Shown here: positions 33,653 to 46,852 of the stretch, piece by piece
Layout: every line of letters begins with the position of its first letter
Numbering within the stretch: the stretch's first letter is position 1
Assembly (NCBI GenBank): GCA_973895155.1
Contig: OZ316891.1
Span: 16,705,651-16,769,650, forward strand
From: Marsupella aquatica
Lineage: Eukaryota > Plantae > Marchantiophyta
Direction: 5' to 3'
Length of the DNA: 64,000 nt
The notes under the pieces: model-generated
Databases searched by the model: none
What the model saw: the letters and a program-made list of their open reading frames with translations, nothing else
Told to the model about the DNA's origin: nothing
Translations under genes and position numbers: made by a program

Positions 33653-36600
33653 GATTGGATCGTTTCTATCTACGTGAGCAAGGGGAATGGATAGAGGAAG
33701 TCAGTGAGCTGTGGCATGATGGAGGTTCGGCATTGTCAGATCACGACCCGGTGGTGTTGACTGTGCGGATAGCAGTTCCTGAGACAGGGGATAACACGGG
33801 GCCAAGAGTGAAACTCTTTAAGGCTAATCCTGAGATTGTAAGATGTAGGAGCAATATGGAGGCGCTAGAGAGTGCATGGGTTACTGGGAGGGGAAATGGC
33901 ACCGATCCCCTTTTGACTTTTGAGAGAGCAAGTGCAAGTTTACGGAAGGTATATACTTTGATCCAAGCTTCACCTAAGGATCAGGCAATGGATTTGGCTA
34001 TCCTGCGGAATGAACTACGAGCTCTCAAGTTGTCAATAGTGGAACACACAGAGGAGGATTTGAGAGACTATGTGAATGTAGAAGATGCATTACACGCTGC
34101 GGAATTAGAAGAAGCTCATTGTGGAAGAAGGCTGGCAAGGGTAAGGTGGCTGGGTGAAGGTGACGAGCCATCCAAGTTCTATTTTGCCACGACCAAGGCA
34201 AAACGTGCGCGAGAGGCCATGGTGCGGTTGGTGGTTGACGGTGGCAGGGAGCTGACAGACCCAGCTCGTATTCTTACTGAGGTGGTTGAATGTTGTGAAG
34301 AGCTTTATGCCCCAAGGACTTTACCGGGGTCTGACCAGATGGACACCTTAAGGGCGCGTCAGAAGCTTCTTGCGCATACGCAGTACACACTCACTGCTGC
34401 TAAAATTGCTTGGCTGGAGGGTCTACCAAATGATAAGGAAATAAAAGAGGTGTTATGGATGCTGCCAAGGGATAAAGCTCTTGGACCGGATGGCCTAACG
34501 GCGGAGGTGTACCGTGCTTGTTGGGACTTCATCCAGGTGGACCTGATCACCATGGTGCAGGAGTATTGGCTTACGGGTGGCTTACGGGTAGACTTGCTCC
34601 AGGGATCAAAGAAGGAATCATCAAATTCATCCCTAAGAAGCCTGACAAGCGCTTCTTGAGGGACCGGCGCCCACTGACTATGCTGAATACAATCTATAAG
34701 CTAATTGCAAATTTTTTGGCTTTACGGTTGAAATTGATTCTGCCTAAACTGATTAGCCCATAGCAAACAGGGTTCATCCCGAGACGGAACATCCTTGAGA
34801 ATATCTCCCTAGCTTGGCTTACTTGTGACTGGGTAAGAAATCATAAACAAAAATCGTTATTCCTGAAGTACGTTGGACTTTGAGAAGGCATTTGATCGTG
34901 TGAATCATATGTACATATGGGAAACGATGCTTCTGCTTGGAATCAGTAGTCAGTTCATTAAACTGGTGCAAGCTTTACTAAGTGAAGCTACTTCACGAGT
35001 GCATCTGAATGGAATGCTTTCGGGGGATATTGGTCTGCGGCATGGAGTGAGGCAAGGCTGTCCCTTGTCACCGTTACTTTTTGTAATTTCTACCCAACCA
35101 CTCATGGATTATATGGATGCGGGGCTGGCAGGAGGAAGACTACTAGGGATACGAAATTTTGAGCAACTTATAGTGTGCTATCGGTTGTTTGCTGATGACC
35201 TTGGAATGTTTATCCCTGCCACTGAGAGAGGCTTCCAACTGGTGACGGCAGTATTGCACTGCTACAAAACAGCCAAGGGGGCTAAATTGAATTTGCAAAA
35301 ATCTGTGGTGATTCATGTGGGGATGGAGAACACCCCGACATGGCTTAGAGAGACTGGCTGTATTATCAGTGCTCCGGGAGAGTTACAGAAATACCTTGGG
35401 GCCCCACTTGGTGTGGACTTGAAGACAGAGCAACTACATAGGTTTCGCCTGGACAAGATTGGTATCAGGCTTTCTTCATGGGCCAACAAGCTACTGTCAT
35501 TCACTGGGAGATCCCTTTTAATCCGCCATATTCTCCAGGCAATACCTATTTATCATACTATGTTTCTAAAGGCATCGGCAGGTCTGGCACGGAAATTAAC
35601 TGCACTTTGCCGTGACTTTCTTTGGGGATACAATCCGGAAGGAGGCAGAAAGATCCCTCTGGTTTCATGGGCACGGATGTTGAGGCCGCAAATGAAGGGT
35701 GGCCTGGGGTTTAAGGAATTCAGGAGCCACTCAGATGCCTTACTCTCTAAGTGGTTCACACGGGCGCTGGACTGTCCAACATCTGAGTGGGCTCTCATGT
35801 TTGAAGCGAACCTGAACCTGATCAGTTGGGAGAACTACAAGGTGATACGCAGGAACTCGTACACTTTTAGGGATAAACTGTTGCTATGCAGCCCTAGGTC
35901 TTTTCATGGTTTATCCTATACGGGCGGGCTATGGAGGGCATGGACTGAACTCCGCTCACATCTCATTTTTGTACCCTTGGAAGTGATTCCTGGTAGATGG
36001 AGTATAGGGGACACTTTGCGCTGCTTGAAAGGATTTCAAGCTTGGTCACATGAGGATTTTGCGGTGGTAATAGAGAGCTTTGGTAGGTTGGGGATTAAAT
36101 GTATTCAGAATCTGTGGAGAGAAGAGCCGGGTGGTTGGATAGACTTATCAGAACGGTGGGATCATATCAGGGGACTCTTAGCGGTTCAGCAGGTGAAGTG
36201 CAGGGATTTTGGTGAGAGGCTCATGGAAATCAGGTCCTACCAGTTTGACTATGTTCCTGGACTGGTCTGTTGGAGGTGGGCTGATAAGCTTGGGATGCTA
36301 AAAGAATTCAAACTCACTAATGTACGAGCGTACCAATTTTTACATCCAAATGCTGCGGATTATGAGACCCTGAACCGTACTTGGGGTACATACAAGTCGG
36401 CAGCAGAATGGAGAGAAGGTTGGGCAGGGATATGGAGATCGGATTTGTCAACACGTGCCAAGACCTTTATCTGGCGGGTGTTGGCTTCAGGACTTTTTAC
36501 AGGAGTGAGAGCTGCTCGCATTGGCAAGGGTTTGGGGCAATGCAAGCTATGTCCTAGAGATTGTGAATCACTTCCGCATTTATTTATGCTCTGTGAACAT

Positions 36601-37193
36601 GCAAGGAAGTGCTGGCTGGTGTGCGCAGATAGTTTTGGGGGTTTGTTGGCTAACTTCCCAGTTGGATTGGTCGGGTTGCTGGATTCTGCGATGGGGAGAG
36701 AACCCATGAAAGTAGTGAAAATGTTTGTGCTTTATCAGATGCTATGGATGTTGTGGACTGGTAGGAATGAACATATGTTTCAGGTAGCGGGTACGCGTAG
36801 ATTTGACTTTAGGTTTTTGCTTTCGGAGGCCTCGGACCATGTTGCTGCTATTGGACAGGGGCTGCCCCGAAACAGAAGACATAGTAGATTACTTCGTGCA
36901 CGCAAACAGCTTAATGTAGAGAGAGTTGTATGGCTCAGCCGCAGTGATGGGTGGGTGACATCGGTCACCCGGTCTTGACATTGGTGCAGGTGGACTGCTT
37001 TTGGTGGTTCCGGTGTCTTGCCCCTATGGACTGATGTTTTCGCTACGGGGTGTGGGATGTTTCTTTTTTTTGTGCCCTTGGGCTGTACTGGTCTGGCTTT
37101 TGCTGGTTCTGGTGGGTGCTGTTACTTGACGTGTGCTGCTTGCTTCCCCCTGCCACGCGGTTTTCGTGGCTTGCTTATTTATAAAAAGAAAAA
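33653..37193 (+). mobile_element. 5'-truncated LINE (L1-like): endonuclease C-terminus, RT, zf-RVT, A-rich tail; frameshifted
   Basis: LDRFY...SDHDPV; KALGPDGL; RPLTMLNTIYK; LDFEKAFDRV; GVRQGCPLSP; LFADD; KYLG; GGLG; CKLC...HLFMLC; tail ataaaaagaaaaa. Confidence 0.9.
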
Positions 37194-37246
37194 CATATTC
37201 CAAGGAAAATTGACATTTCCTTCCCGCCAATGAAGGAATGAGTCCC

Positions 37247-37325
37247 TTTAGGTGTCACCAAGGAATGTTCCTATCCCTGAAGGAATGAGTCCCAGGGATA
37301 GGAACATTCCTTGGCGACACCTAAA
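37247..37325. repeat. Near-perfect inverted repeat, 33-bp arms and 13-nt spacer
   Basis: tttaggtgtcaccaaggaatgttcctatccctg ... cagggataggaacattccttggcgacacctaaa, one mismatch. Confidence 0.9.
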
Positions 37326-38049
37326 TTGACATTTCCTTCCCGCCAATGAAGGAAAAAATCCAGGGATTTGAAAGTTTGGGTGTCGCCGAGCAGTTGAATT
37401 CAAACGGATAGTATGGTAAGATAATCCATGAAAAGAGGAGGGGTTTTGGGGGGCTGCCTAATCTTTGTGGATGCCAAGAGAATTCATTAAGAATTCATGT
37501 CATGTGTTGAATGAATTGTCTTTTGAATTCAAGTTATCAGTTCATAGCTCAAAAGGTCATGTAGAGCTAGAGGAAATTTATCCTTGCATTCAGAGAGGAC
37601 TTCTCGATCGTCTAAGTATTGTTTTGCGGAATCTTTGCAGTAGCAATCTTGCAAATGGCAGAGAGGTTGCGATAAGTGGACGGAAGGAGGACAATCTTCT
37701 CTGTTGGTCTTGTCAAGTTGGATTGCGTCAAAATGTAATATGTGTGGTTAAAATGTGATGTTACTGATAGTCATTTTCAGGGTTGAAACGCATAGCTACA
37801 AGTCATCTAGACCCCATTCCTTGTCATTTTTTAAGGTAATTGGAAGCGTTGGCAGGGAATTGTTTTTCCTTAAATTGAGGTTCTTGTGGAAACGTGAAAG
37901 TCGACACTACAGTACCAAGTGCATCAACTCGATCTGGGAAGACATAGGTTTTTTGTCTTATTTTTGTGCAGATTCTTGTTAGCGCCTCGCGTAATTATTT
38001 TGGTATGACCATCTTTGTTGTGATATTGTTTAGCTTCTATGATCAGTTT

Positions 38050-39240
38050 TGCAGGTCATCACAACATGTCAAGAGTAAAAGAAATTCCAGTGTTTGTTCA
38101 CTCATAATGTGGTGATCCCTATGTATGGGGCCAAGTCCGATGTGCAGGTAATTTAACAACCAAAATTGGATTTTGGCTAGCACCCAACACTGTTAAGTTT
38201 ATCTTGACCTCACCTTATTTTTTTCATTGCAGGTTTTCACTATGCGCCTAGATTATTTTTTGCAAATCTTGTCAAAGGTCAAAAATCCAAAGGATCCTAA
38301 ATTCATACCACTTTCAAGAATTGAGGATCCCTCTATCACAAATCTGGTTGGACTTCCTTTTGCAAAGGTGGATACAAATCCTAAGCTTGAATTTGCTAGA
38401 AATGCCAGACTCCATCCAGGATTCATGCAGTCTTTGTTGGAGTTAATTACGTGCCCAAGTGATATTGTTTTGGATTGGGTTGTAAGTTCCGGGAGTACTT
38501 TTGTGGTAGGGGATTACTATGATCAATTTGTAATTGGAGTCAAGAATAGGATGGAGTTCCTTGAAAGGGCTTCAAAGATATTTTTGGAACTTCTCACTCC
38601 CAAAGTACTTGAATTGTCTGCTCCTCCTGGAAATGTGGTTGCAAAGAGGAAGAGAATCAAACTTAGATCAGTCCTCAATTTTGATTCAGACGATGAAGAG
38701 TATGCCGGTGAGGGGGAAGGACAAGAGGATCTCCACATTCCCATAGCACCGCAAACTGGAGAGGATCACAAATCTAATGAAGGGAGGGACAACGGAGACT
38801 CTTCTGAGTAATGCTTGTAAGCTTCCTGTCAAGCTCCCCCTCTCCGGAATTCACTCTTTGCTTTCACTTTTCCCATCCAGTTTTTCCTTTTTCAAAAATA
38901 CTGTGAGTTGACATACAAGACAAAATTCTCCTCCTCGGGTCAGACTTTAATCTATGACGGCATTTCCAACTCAGAAGGAAAGTTGCCAGAAGTTGTATTG
39001 GGACTCTAGAGAAACCATTTGTATTACCTTTGTATGCCAAGAATGCTGCCAGGAGAGTTGATAGTGTGCGTACACTCCAATAGGAGAATAAAGGTCTGAG
39101 ACCAAGGAGAGGTTTTGATAGGAAGTTTGTTAAAAACCCATATGTTGATGACATGTCGAAAGCAAATTTATTGATGACGAAGCAGAGTCCACCGACAGGT
39201 CTAAGTCAAGCGAGTCAAAGTTCTCAAATGAAGTTAGGTC
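38050..39240 (+). pseudogene. Partial paralog of the methyltransferase-like gene (3' exons), remnant of a second related element
   Basis: PMYGAKSDVQ|intron|VFTMRLDYF...FMQSLLELITCPSDIVLDWVVSSGSTFVVGDYYDQFVIGVK...LNFDSDDE...EKPFVLP...ENKGLR...DRKF..PYVDD, colinear with 5749-6900. Confidence 0.85.
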
Positions 39241-40592
39241 AGAATAGTAATTCAGGTTTTTACTATAATGGTGAAGTTATACTAGTGCCGGGGGCTACTG
39301 AAATGTCTTCTTTGAATTTCTTCTTGGAACGCTTATGTGTTTTGTACTTCAGCCGATATGTATAAAACTATTCTGTCAATTCATTTCATTTCATCCACTA
39401 TGATCAAGGTCATGACAGATTATTGACATTGAATCCAAGTGACATTCATTTTGTGTGTGGGATGTTCATAATGTTACCTTGGCAAATACAATAAAAATAA
39501 TGGCAATATTATAAATTAGAACATCTTTAGTGTCCACTGAGTTAAAAGCTGTTCGTGCTAATAAGAGGAGGCAGGGCAAACAAAAATTTGAATTAAGCTG
39601 GAGACTCATGGTGAATCTGGAGTGTCATTTTTAGTGCTTGCACATGGTACACAGTGAAGGGTTTATTCGGAAAGTACAGGATTCGAAACAAGAAGATGCT
39701 AGTCTTTTGCAAAGAGCCAATGCCATCGCGTCGGGACTTATAAGTGAGGGTGACTTACAAGTGAAGGGTACCCTTGCAACATGGAAGAGACTAACATATG
39801 GATTCATACAAATACAAAGAAAAAGTTTGAGGGTGTTCTGCCTACATCGGGAAAGTAAGGAAGAACAAGAAACATTTTCCTAAAGCAAATTCAATAATTA
39901 AATTTGAAAAATAGCACCGATTAGGAGGTGAGGTAGATTGTCCACAAGGGGACTCTAAAAAAAGGCTCCAAACCGATTATCGACTTTGGTACGAGCCACG
40001 TCAAGTCAATCTGGCGGTTGCATTGAAATAAACGTTGAGGAGAGCCCGATAGACAAGCAAGGGGGTGGTGTTGGATGAAGAAATAAACCTAGGTAGCGGT
40101 GGTAAGTGGGAACGCCACGGGGGAGTCTTTTTAGAGGAGTTTCTCGGGTTGGTACTGCATCTCCGGCACTGGGTCACCAGATGACGACGACGATCGGTGT
40201 GGGACAGACGAGGTCTAAACGAGAAGAGGAAAGAGAGCGAAGTGGGATCATGTGTTTGTGAAGTGTTGAGGACTGGAGTGTCCTGAAATTGTTGTTCGTT
40301 TGGATGCCTGTACGTGTGCCGGGAGCAGAATCTCTCCTGGATAGCCAACTGATTCATTCCTCGCCACCGAGGATTGATCGGCAAGAAGAGACGGAGGGGC
40401 GGACACTGCTTCGGGGCTGTTTGGAGACAGGTCATCGGCGCGAGTTTTTCGGAGGTGTGCAGGTGAAGTCCGCTTGTAGTTGTTGCGGTGGTGTTGCAGA
40501 GCAGCAGTTCGTGAGAAAGGTAATGGTATGGTGTTGAGATCGATCTTGCGGCGATAAGTGGATACAAAACGGGAAAGGGTGGGGTTGAACTT

Positions 40593-43500
40593 ATGGAGAT
40601 TGATGTGGTCGGGGCAGGAGGACAGCAGTCTTCCTCGGCTCCTTCTCCCGAGGTGTCTTTAGGTGGACAAGAGACGGTCACCAAACCGGAGAAGGGCAGC
40701 AAAGCTGCGGTAGGGCAGCAAAATAGCCTCGCCGACGATGAGGAAGATGTATGTAGAATCTGCCGGACTCCTGGGGATGACGAGTCTCCACTTTACTACC
40801 CGTGTGCCTGCAGTGGTAGCATCAAATATGTACATCAGGACTGCCTGCTGCAATGGCTCAATCATAGCAACGCTCGGCAGTGTGAGGTACAGTGCTGTTC
40901 TTGTCTCCTCTCCGCGATGAGTGAGGAATTATTCCGATGTCCTTGACCGCCCTCGAATAGTCGTGTCCAGATGTGCGCGATCCTTAATACTCAATCTCAC
41001 AAGCGTGGAGCACTGCACGATTGGCAAGAGACCTTCAACGCGGGAATCTGTGTACAAATTCGCAGTTATGGATATCTTGTTTCCTTCCTTCTCTTAACGA
41101 TCCCTGTGTAGTCCTTTTTCGCAAGACGAAGTCTAGCTGCCATCGCACTATTCTCTACCGATTGTATGCTACTACAACGTCGACGAATGATTTTGATGAT
41201 ATCAGGATTATGAAGAGGTGTTTCTCGAGTGGTGATAAGAAATTCATCTAGACTGGATGGTGAACGTCGTTACTAGGTTTAGGTTTGATCTGAACTCTAA
41301 TAGTTAATGTCTTGTTTAGAGCGATGCTATCTTTCCACGCTCCCTATAAAACCCCAATTTTCGAGAGAATCATCAATTAACTGCTTCTGGAGTCTTTTGT
41401 CCATGTATACCGTGTGTTCTTGACCAAAGCTCAATCAAATTAAGTCCGCAGCGTCTACCGTCAAATCCCAGGGCTCAACCCTGGACAGGCGGTCATTATT
41501 GTTTCTCCTATCTTCCGTCTTTTTAGCTTTTCAGCGGCATTACTTGGAGCGGAATCGGACAGTTTAGGGTTCCTCATTAGTAAAGCATGGTTTGAAGGAT
41601 TAATTCTGCAAAGGCGCATGACGCCAGGGTATTGATTCTGGCTCGTTGGAATCTTTTGTTAGCATTTGGAAAGTAGGCCTTGTAGACATTGGACATAGAT
41701 TTTTTGGTGGCCGGCTTTTTTGTTTGGTCAGAAGGACATGTGTGGACTGGGTGCGTGTTCGAATTTTGTGCAGATTCTTTCATAAGTACTAATTGTGTGT
41801 CGTCTTCGACGTTGTGCAGGTTTGCAAGCATGCGTTTGCATTCTCACCTGTGTACGCTGAAAATGCTCCTTCCCGACTGCCATTCCAGGAATTGCTTCTT
41901 GGAATGGCTCTGAAAGCAGCTCGTGGTATGCGTTTTTTTATGCGGTTAGTGTTTGTTCTGTCCGTCTGGCTCCTCTTCATCCCGTTTACGACCTTCTGGA
42001 TATGGCGGTTTACATTTGTAAGAAGTTTCAGCGAGGCACATAAGCTATTTGTTAGTCGTTGCACTCCTGGTCTGCTACTTACGGACTGCTTGCACGGCTT
42101 TCTATTATCGGCTGGGATTGTTTTCATTTTCTTGGGCGCTACCTCTTTGAGAGAGTATTTTCGGCACCTTCGGGAGCTTGGGGGCCAGGAAGGCGAACGT
42201 GCTGAAGAAGGTGCAGACAGAGGAAGGGCAGGAAGGCAGGTTGCTCGGGAGGTGCAAGGTGCAGGTGGAAGGGGAGCAGCCGCAGATTTGCAAGAGCCCC
42301 TCCTGCAACCGGGTGGTCTGATTGGCGACTTAGGTCCAGGGCAGGGTCTAGCCGCAGGGGCTGGTCAGCTCATCAGAAGAAATGCAGAGAATGTTGCTGC
42401 CCGTCTGGAGTTGCAGGCAGCTCGCTTGGAAGCTCATGTAGAGCAGATGTTTGATGCAGTTGAGGATCCAGATGGTGCTGAAGATGTTCCATTCGACGAG
42501 CTTGTGGGAATGCAGGGCCCCGTCTTCCATTTGATAGAGAACGCTATAACGGCAAGTGGCCCCCCATTCTCTTCTATGTCTCTCTTTCTGAAGGAACTAA
42601 TATTGCATCTTGATGTTGCATGGATGGCATTTGGTAGATTGACGTCTGCACATTAATGCTTTTCACGCTGTCGGAGCATGGTAGAGGCAGCGATCTGGTG
42701 GGAACCAGACTTCTTGGGTACCTCAAGTTCATATGGTTCTCCTGAGATTTAGATGACAATGGAAAAGTACTTGAAGTATTCTTTTCGGAATATGGTGTAA
42801 ATTCTGGTAGGATGTGATTTCCCGTGTTCCTTACTAGTGGTTAAGCCTTCTACTTCTTTTGCAGGTGTTGGCGAGCAATGCGATTTTCTTGGCCCTTGTA
42901 GCTTTGGTTCCGTTCACATTAGGGCGAGTGGTATTATCTGTCGCTTCTCGTCTTGTGTTTGTCACTATCACAGCCAGTGGCATGATACCATCCAACACCA
43001 CGTCCTCCAGTGTAGGAAACAATTCGCTGGGAAACATGTCCGCCACGTTGGTTGGAAGAAATGTGTTCTTTGGAGACACCGTAAATATTGCAGCTGATGG
43101 TAGTGCAACCGGTGGTCTTGCTTCCGGTTACAGCGGGAATGTTGTACGCAATGCTGTCTCAGAGGCAATGGCAGCAGCGCTCCGACTCTCTGATGCGGCA
43201 ACTGTCGCTGTCGGTTATGGAGTGATCCTCTTGGCCTTGAGTTTGTATCTGGGTCTTATTGCACTGATTAGATATAGCCGAGGGGAGCCAATTACAGTTG
43301 GTCGTATTCATGGAGTTGCGACAATGGCAGAAGCTGCACCATCTGTTGCTAGGCAAGTGATGGCTGGAGTAAAATATATGGCAACGATGGTCAAGGTTGC
43401 GTTTCTTCTTATCATTGAACTCGGGGTTTTCCCTCTGATGTGTGGATGGTGGCTCGATATTTGCACACTTGGCATGCTGGATGTCACGATTGCACAGCGC

Positions 43501-46500
43501 GTGGAATTCTTTTGGGCTTCACCTCTGACAAGCTCGTTACTTCATTGGCTTGTGGGCATTGTCTACATGCTCCAAATAAGCATCTTTGTGAGCCTTCTCC
43601 GAGAGGTCTGACTCATCAGCAACCTTGTACCCTTTCATTGGATGCTTTTTGTCCGATGTTCGCTCTTTTATTACTCCACCTATTTTCATACTTGACAGTT
43701 GGTGGTACCGATGGATGACTGTGAAAGTCATCAGCTTTAAGTCGATCAGAGGTTCTGGTTGGTACCAAAATTAAATGATAGTTATTTTTACTCTTATGCG
43801 CGGGGCTCTCTTTTACATTCCTGTTAGCGCACATTTTGTAGAATACGAGCGGGACTCCGTCTACACTAAAAACGAATTGCGTACCATAATATTACGCCAG
43901 TAGTAACAAATTTTGACGTTTCAGGTTTTTGAAGTGTTTCTTGTGTGTAGGAAACTGGCACTGTTGCCGTGTTGCAGTTGACTGTAGAGCTTTTGTGCAG
44001 TGCAGTACAAGGCTTTCTTATTAGTGGCCCTCACTTTTTGGTGTTGGTTGATTTCAGGTTCTACGCCCAGGAGTGCTTTACTTCCTGCGAGATCCAACTG
44101 ATCCCAACTACAACCCTTTTCGCGACTTGATTGATGATCCTATTCATAAGCATGCACGGCGTGTACTTTTGTCCGTTGTTGTGTATGGCAGTTTAATCGT
44201 GATGCTGGTGTTTCTTCCAGTTCGATTGGCTATACTAACTGCACCAGCCATGTTTCCTCTTGACATTAGGTATGTTGATCCTGCAAATTAGTTAGCGACT
44301 TAGCTTGCTGTTCTGATCAGTGATCGATCCTCTTTTCCTCAATGTGGAATACGTCTAATGAGACAACACAGAGCTGACTCTTTGTTCTTGCACCTATGCA
44401 GAGTATCAGATCCGTTCACAGAGATTCCTGCAGACATGCTTTTGTTCCATATCTGTATACCATTCGCCGTGGAGCATTTCAGACCACGGGCAACAATCAA
44501 AGCAGGTCTTTTTCACTGGTTTTCATCGGTGGGTTGGGCACTTGGTCTATGTGAATTTTTGCTCCCAGGCCCGGAGGAGACAAATGTCAACAACAATGAA
44601 GGGGAGAGAGGGCGCAGGGTCCAGGAAGGTCAGGCCAATGGTCTGAATAGAAACCCTGCTCAAGCTGCCCTTGATGAACAGCTAGGAGATGCAGCGTCCA
44701 CAATGAATATAATTAGAGAAGAATCTGCAGAATACGACGAAGATGGAGAAGAAAGTGAAGAAGAGTAAGCTTTGTTTTGGTCATGAGCTTTGACCGCTTT
44801 TCGGGAGCTTTGGTTCTTCATTTATCTTCATTTATCTGGATGAATACACGTCAGAGTTTGGGAAGAAATGGAGCAGTTTTTAAAAAATTCGCTCTCAGGG
44901 ATGATAGTGGAAAATTTATCTGGTACTAGTGTACCGTATGCAAGTGCACAAGGTCTGAAGTTTTAATATTGAGACAATATTTGTAAAAGTACCTGACTGA
45001 TCTTTATCTGTTTATTGTCCAATTACCATTTTGCAGGTACAAGTTCGTCTTGCGAATTGTAATGCTCTTGATTGGGGCATGGATAACTCTTCTAGCGGTC
45101 AATTCTGCAATGGTTCTTGTGCCAGTAACACTAGGACGAGGGATATTCTCATTATTCTCTCAACTCCCTATAGCACGTGGTGCCAAATGCAATGGTTAGT
45201 ATGTACAATTGAGGGGTGACGAACTCCTTTTGAGTGGCTGTTGTGTATAATGCACGTAGACGTTTTCATCTGTTCGGAACTTCTTGAATGGGTCATGTCG
45301 TTCGGATTTCAGAATGAATTCTGCGTCGTGCTGACTTCCGGTGCCTAATTCGCCTGGCTGCTCTCATTGCTCTGCAGATCTATATGCCTTCAATATTGGG
45401 TGTTATGTATTGTGGGCCACAGCCGCTGCTGTGCGATATGTGATTGATTACTTGAGAACACACGATGTCCATGTTCTACTCATGCAAGTCTTAAAGTGGT
45501 CTGCTATTGTGGCTAAGAGTGTCGTACTGCTTACACTCTGGGTAGGTGATTCATCTTTGACAATCACGTGGTCGTGTCTCTTTTCCACTTGTAGAACGAT
45601 TCCAGCTTCATTTGTGTTGGTTACCTCATCTGCAAAAGCTTTTGACGTTTTGAAGTTTTTTTGGAATTACTGTACTGAGTACTTTGCATTTAATTGTAAT
45701 ATAGACTGTCGTGTAATTTGCTCATCAAAGTCATTGACTTCAACATGGTGAGCTAATTGCTGGTCTTTTGCAGATTGTTGTGATTCCAATCGTGGTCGGG
45801 TTACTTTTTGAGCTGTTGGTGGTGGTTCCTCTTCGGGTACCAATTGATGAAAGTCCCGTTTTTATCTTCTACCAGGATTGGGCTCTGGGGTTGGTGTTTC
45901 TAAAGATCTGGACACGACTGGTAATTATTCTTTCATATTCCCTTAAATGATTTACTTTATGCACACATGCAGTTATCTCTATGAAACAATGGCGAGCAAA
46001 GGTTGCAATTATTGTGAAAGGCGGATGGAGTGTAGGAAGGCTGTGGAGGTTTGTTTGTTTTGTTTTGACCTGATAATTGTATAACTCCACAATTTCGAGA
46101 AATTTACATTGGACGGTAGAAGTATGGAAACGGAGTAGTGATTTGGTTCACCAATGAGTACTTGCATCGTGCAGGTTATGCTTGGCCAGATTACACCATT
46201 GGCAGATGAAAGGTGGCGATTAAGGTTTGAGCAGGTTAGGGCTGATGGGTTTGCGAATCTTCGGGGATTCTGGGTGCTGAAGGAGATTATTGCTCCCATT
46301 CTGATTAGGCTTCTGGTGGCTCTATGTGGCCCCCATGTGTTTGCGCGGTGGATCTTCCCTAGCTTAGGCTACTCTCTCATTGTGAACTCAGCTGTAAATC
46401 GATTTGCCTGGCTAGGTTGCCTTGGAATAGCTGTGTTTTGGTATGGTGTGAAGCGGTTGCGGCAGTGGTTGTTGGATCTTCACAACTCAATCAGGGACGA

Positions 46501-46852
46501 TCGGTACTTGGTCGGCAGACGGCTCCACAACTTTGGGGAGAGGAAACGAAGTGGATCACCTGCAACTCCCAAAGCGGAAAGTTTCCCTGTGACAACCAGA
46601 TTTGCTGCTTCAGCCATGGAAGAGGATCCTAGACTAGGCAGCCCCACAGATCAAGACTCCCCTTCCACTCTGCCTACGTCTACTTCAGCAGGAAGTAGTA
46701 GTACTGCTGTTGTGGAGGATAAGAGACCAGCTGAATCCAGGGATGTCTTATTAAGGGCAGCAATACAAGAAGGTGAGAGAATAGGGATAGCAGGGGCATC
46801 TTTGCGGTTTCGCCATTCCACTGCTACTTCTTCAAGCGATGCTGACCAATAA
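40593..46852 (+). CDS. SUD1: ERAD RING-CH E3 ubiquitin ligase, SUD1/DOA10/MARCH6 family; exons 40593-40886, 41820-42551, 42865-43605, 44058-44269, 44402-44764, 45037-45194, 45378-45541, 45774-45920, 46175-46852
   Basis: RINGv CRIC...[96 protein letters not shown]; many hydrophobic helices. Splice sites keep the frame. Confidence 0.95.

Noticed and set aside
33637-37221. aaaattgacatttcct as the LINE TSD
   Set aside because: The right copy is separated from the A-tail by 12 bp and the motif recurs at 37323, so it is not a clean TSD.
40001-40702. 233-aa minus-strand ORF
   Set aside because: Antisense to the SUD1 5' region and exon 1, with no recognisable domain.
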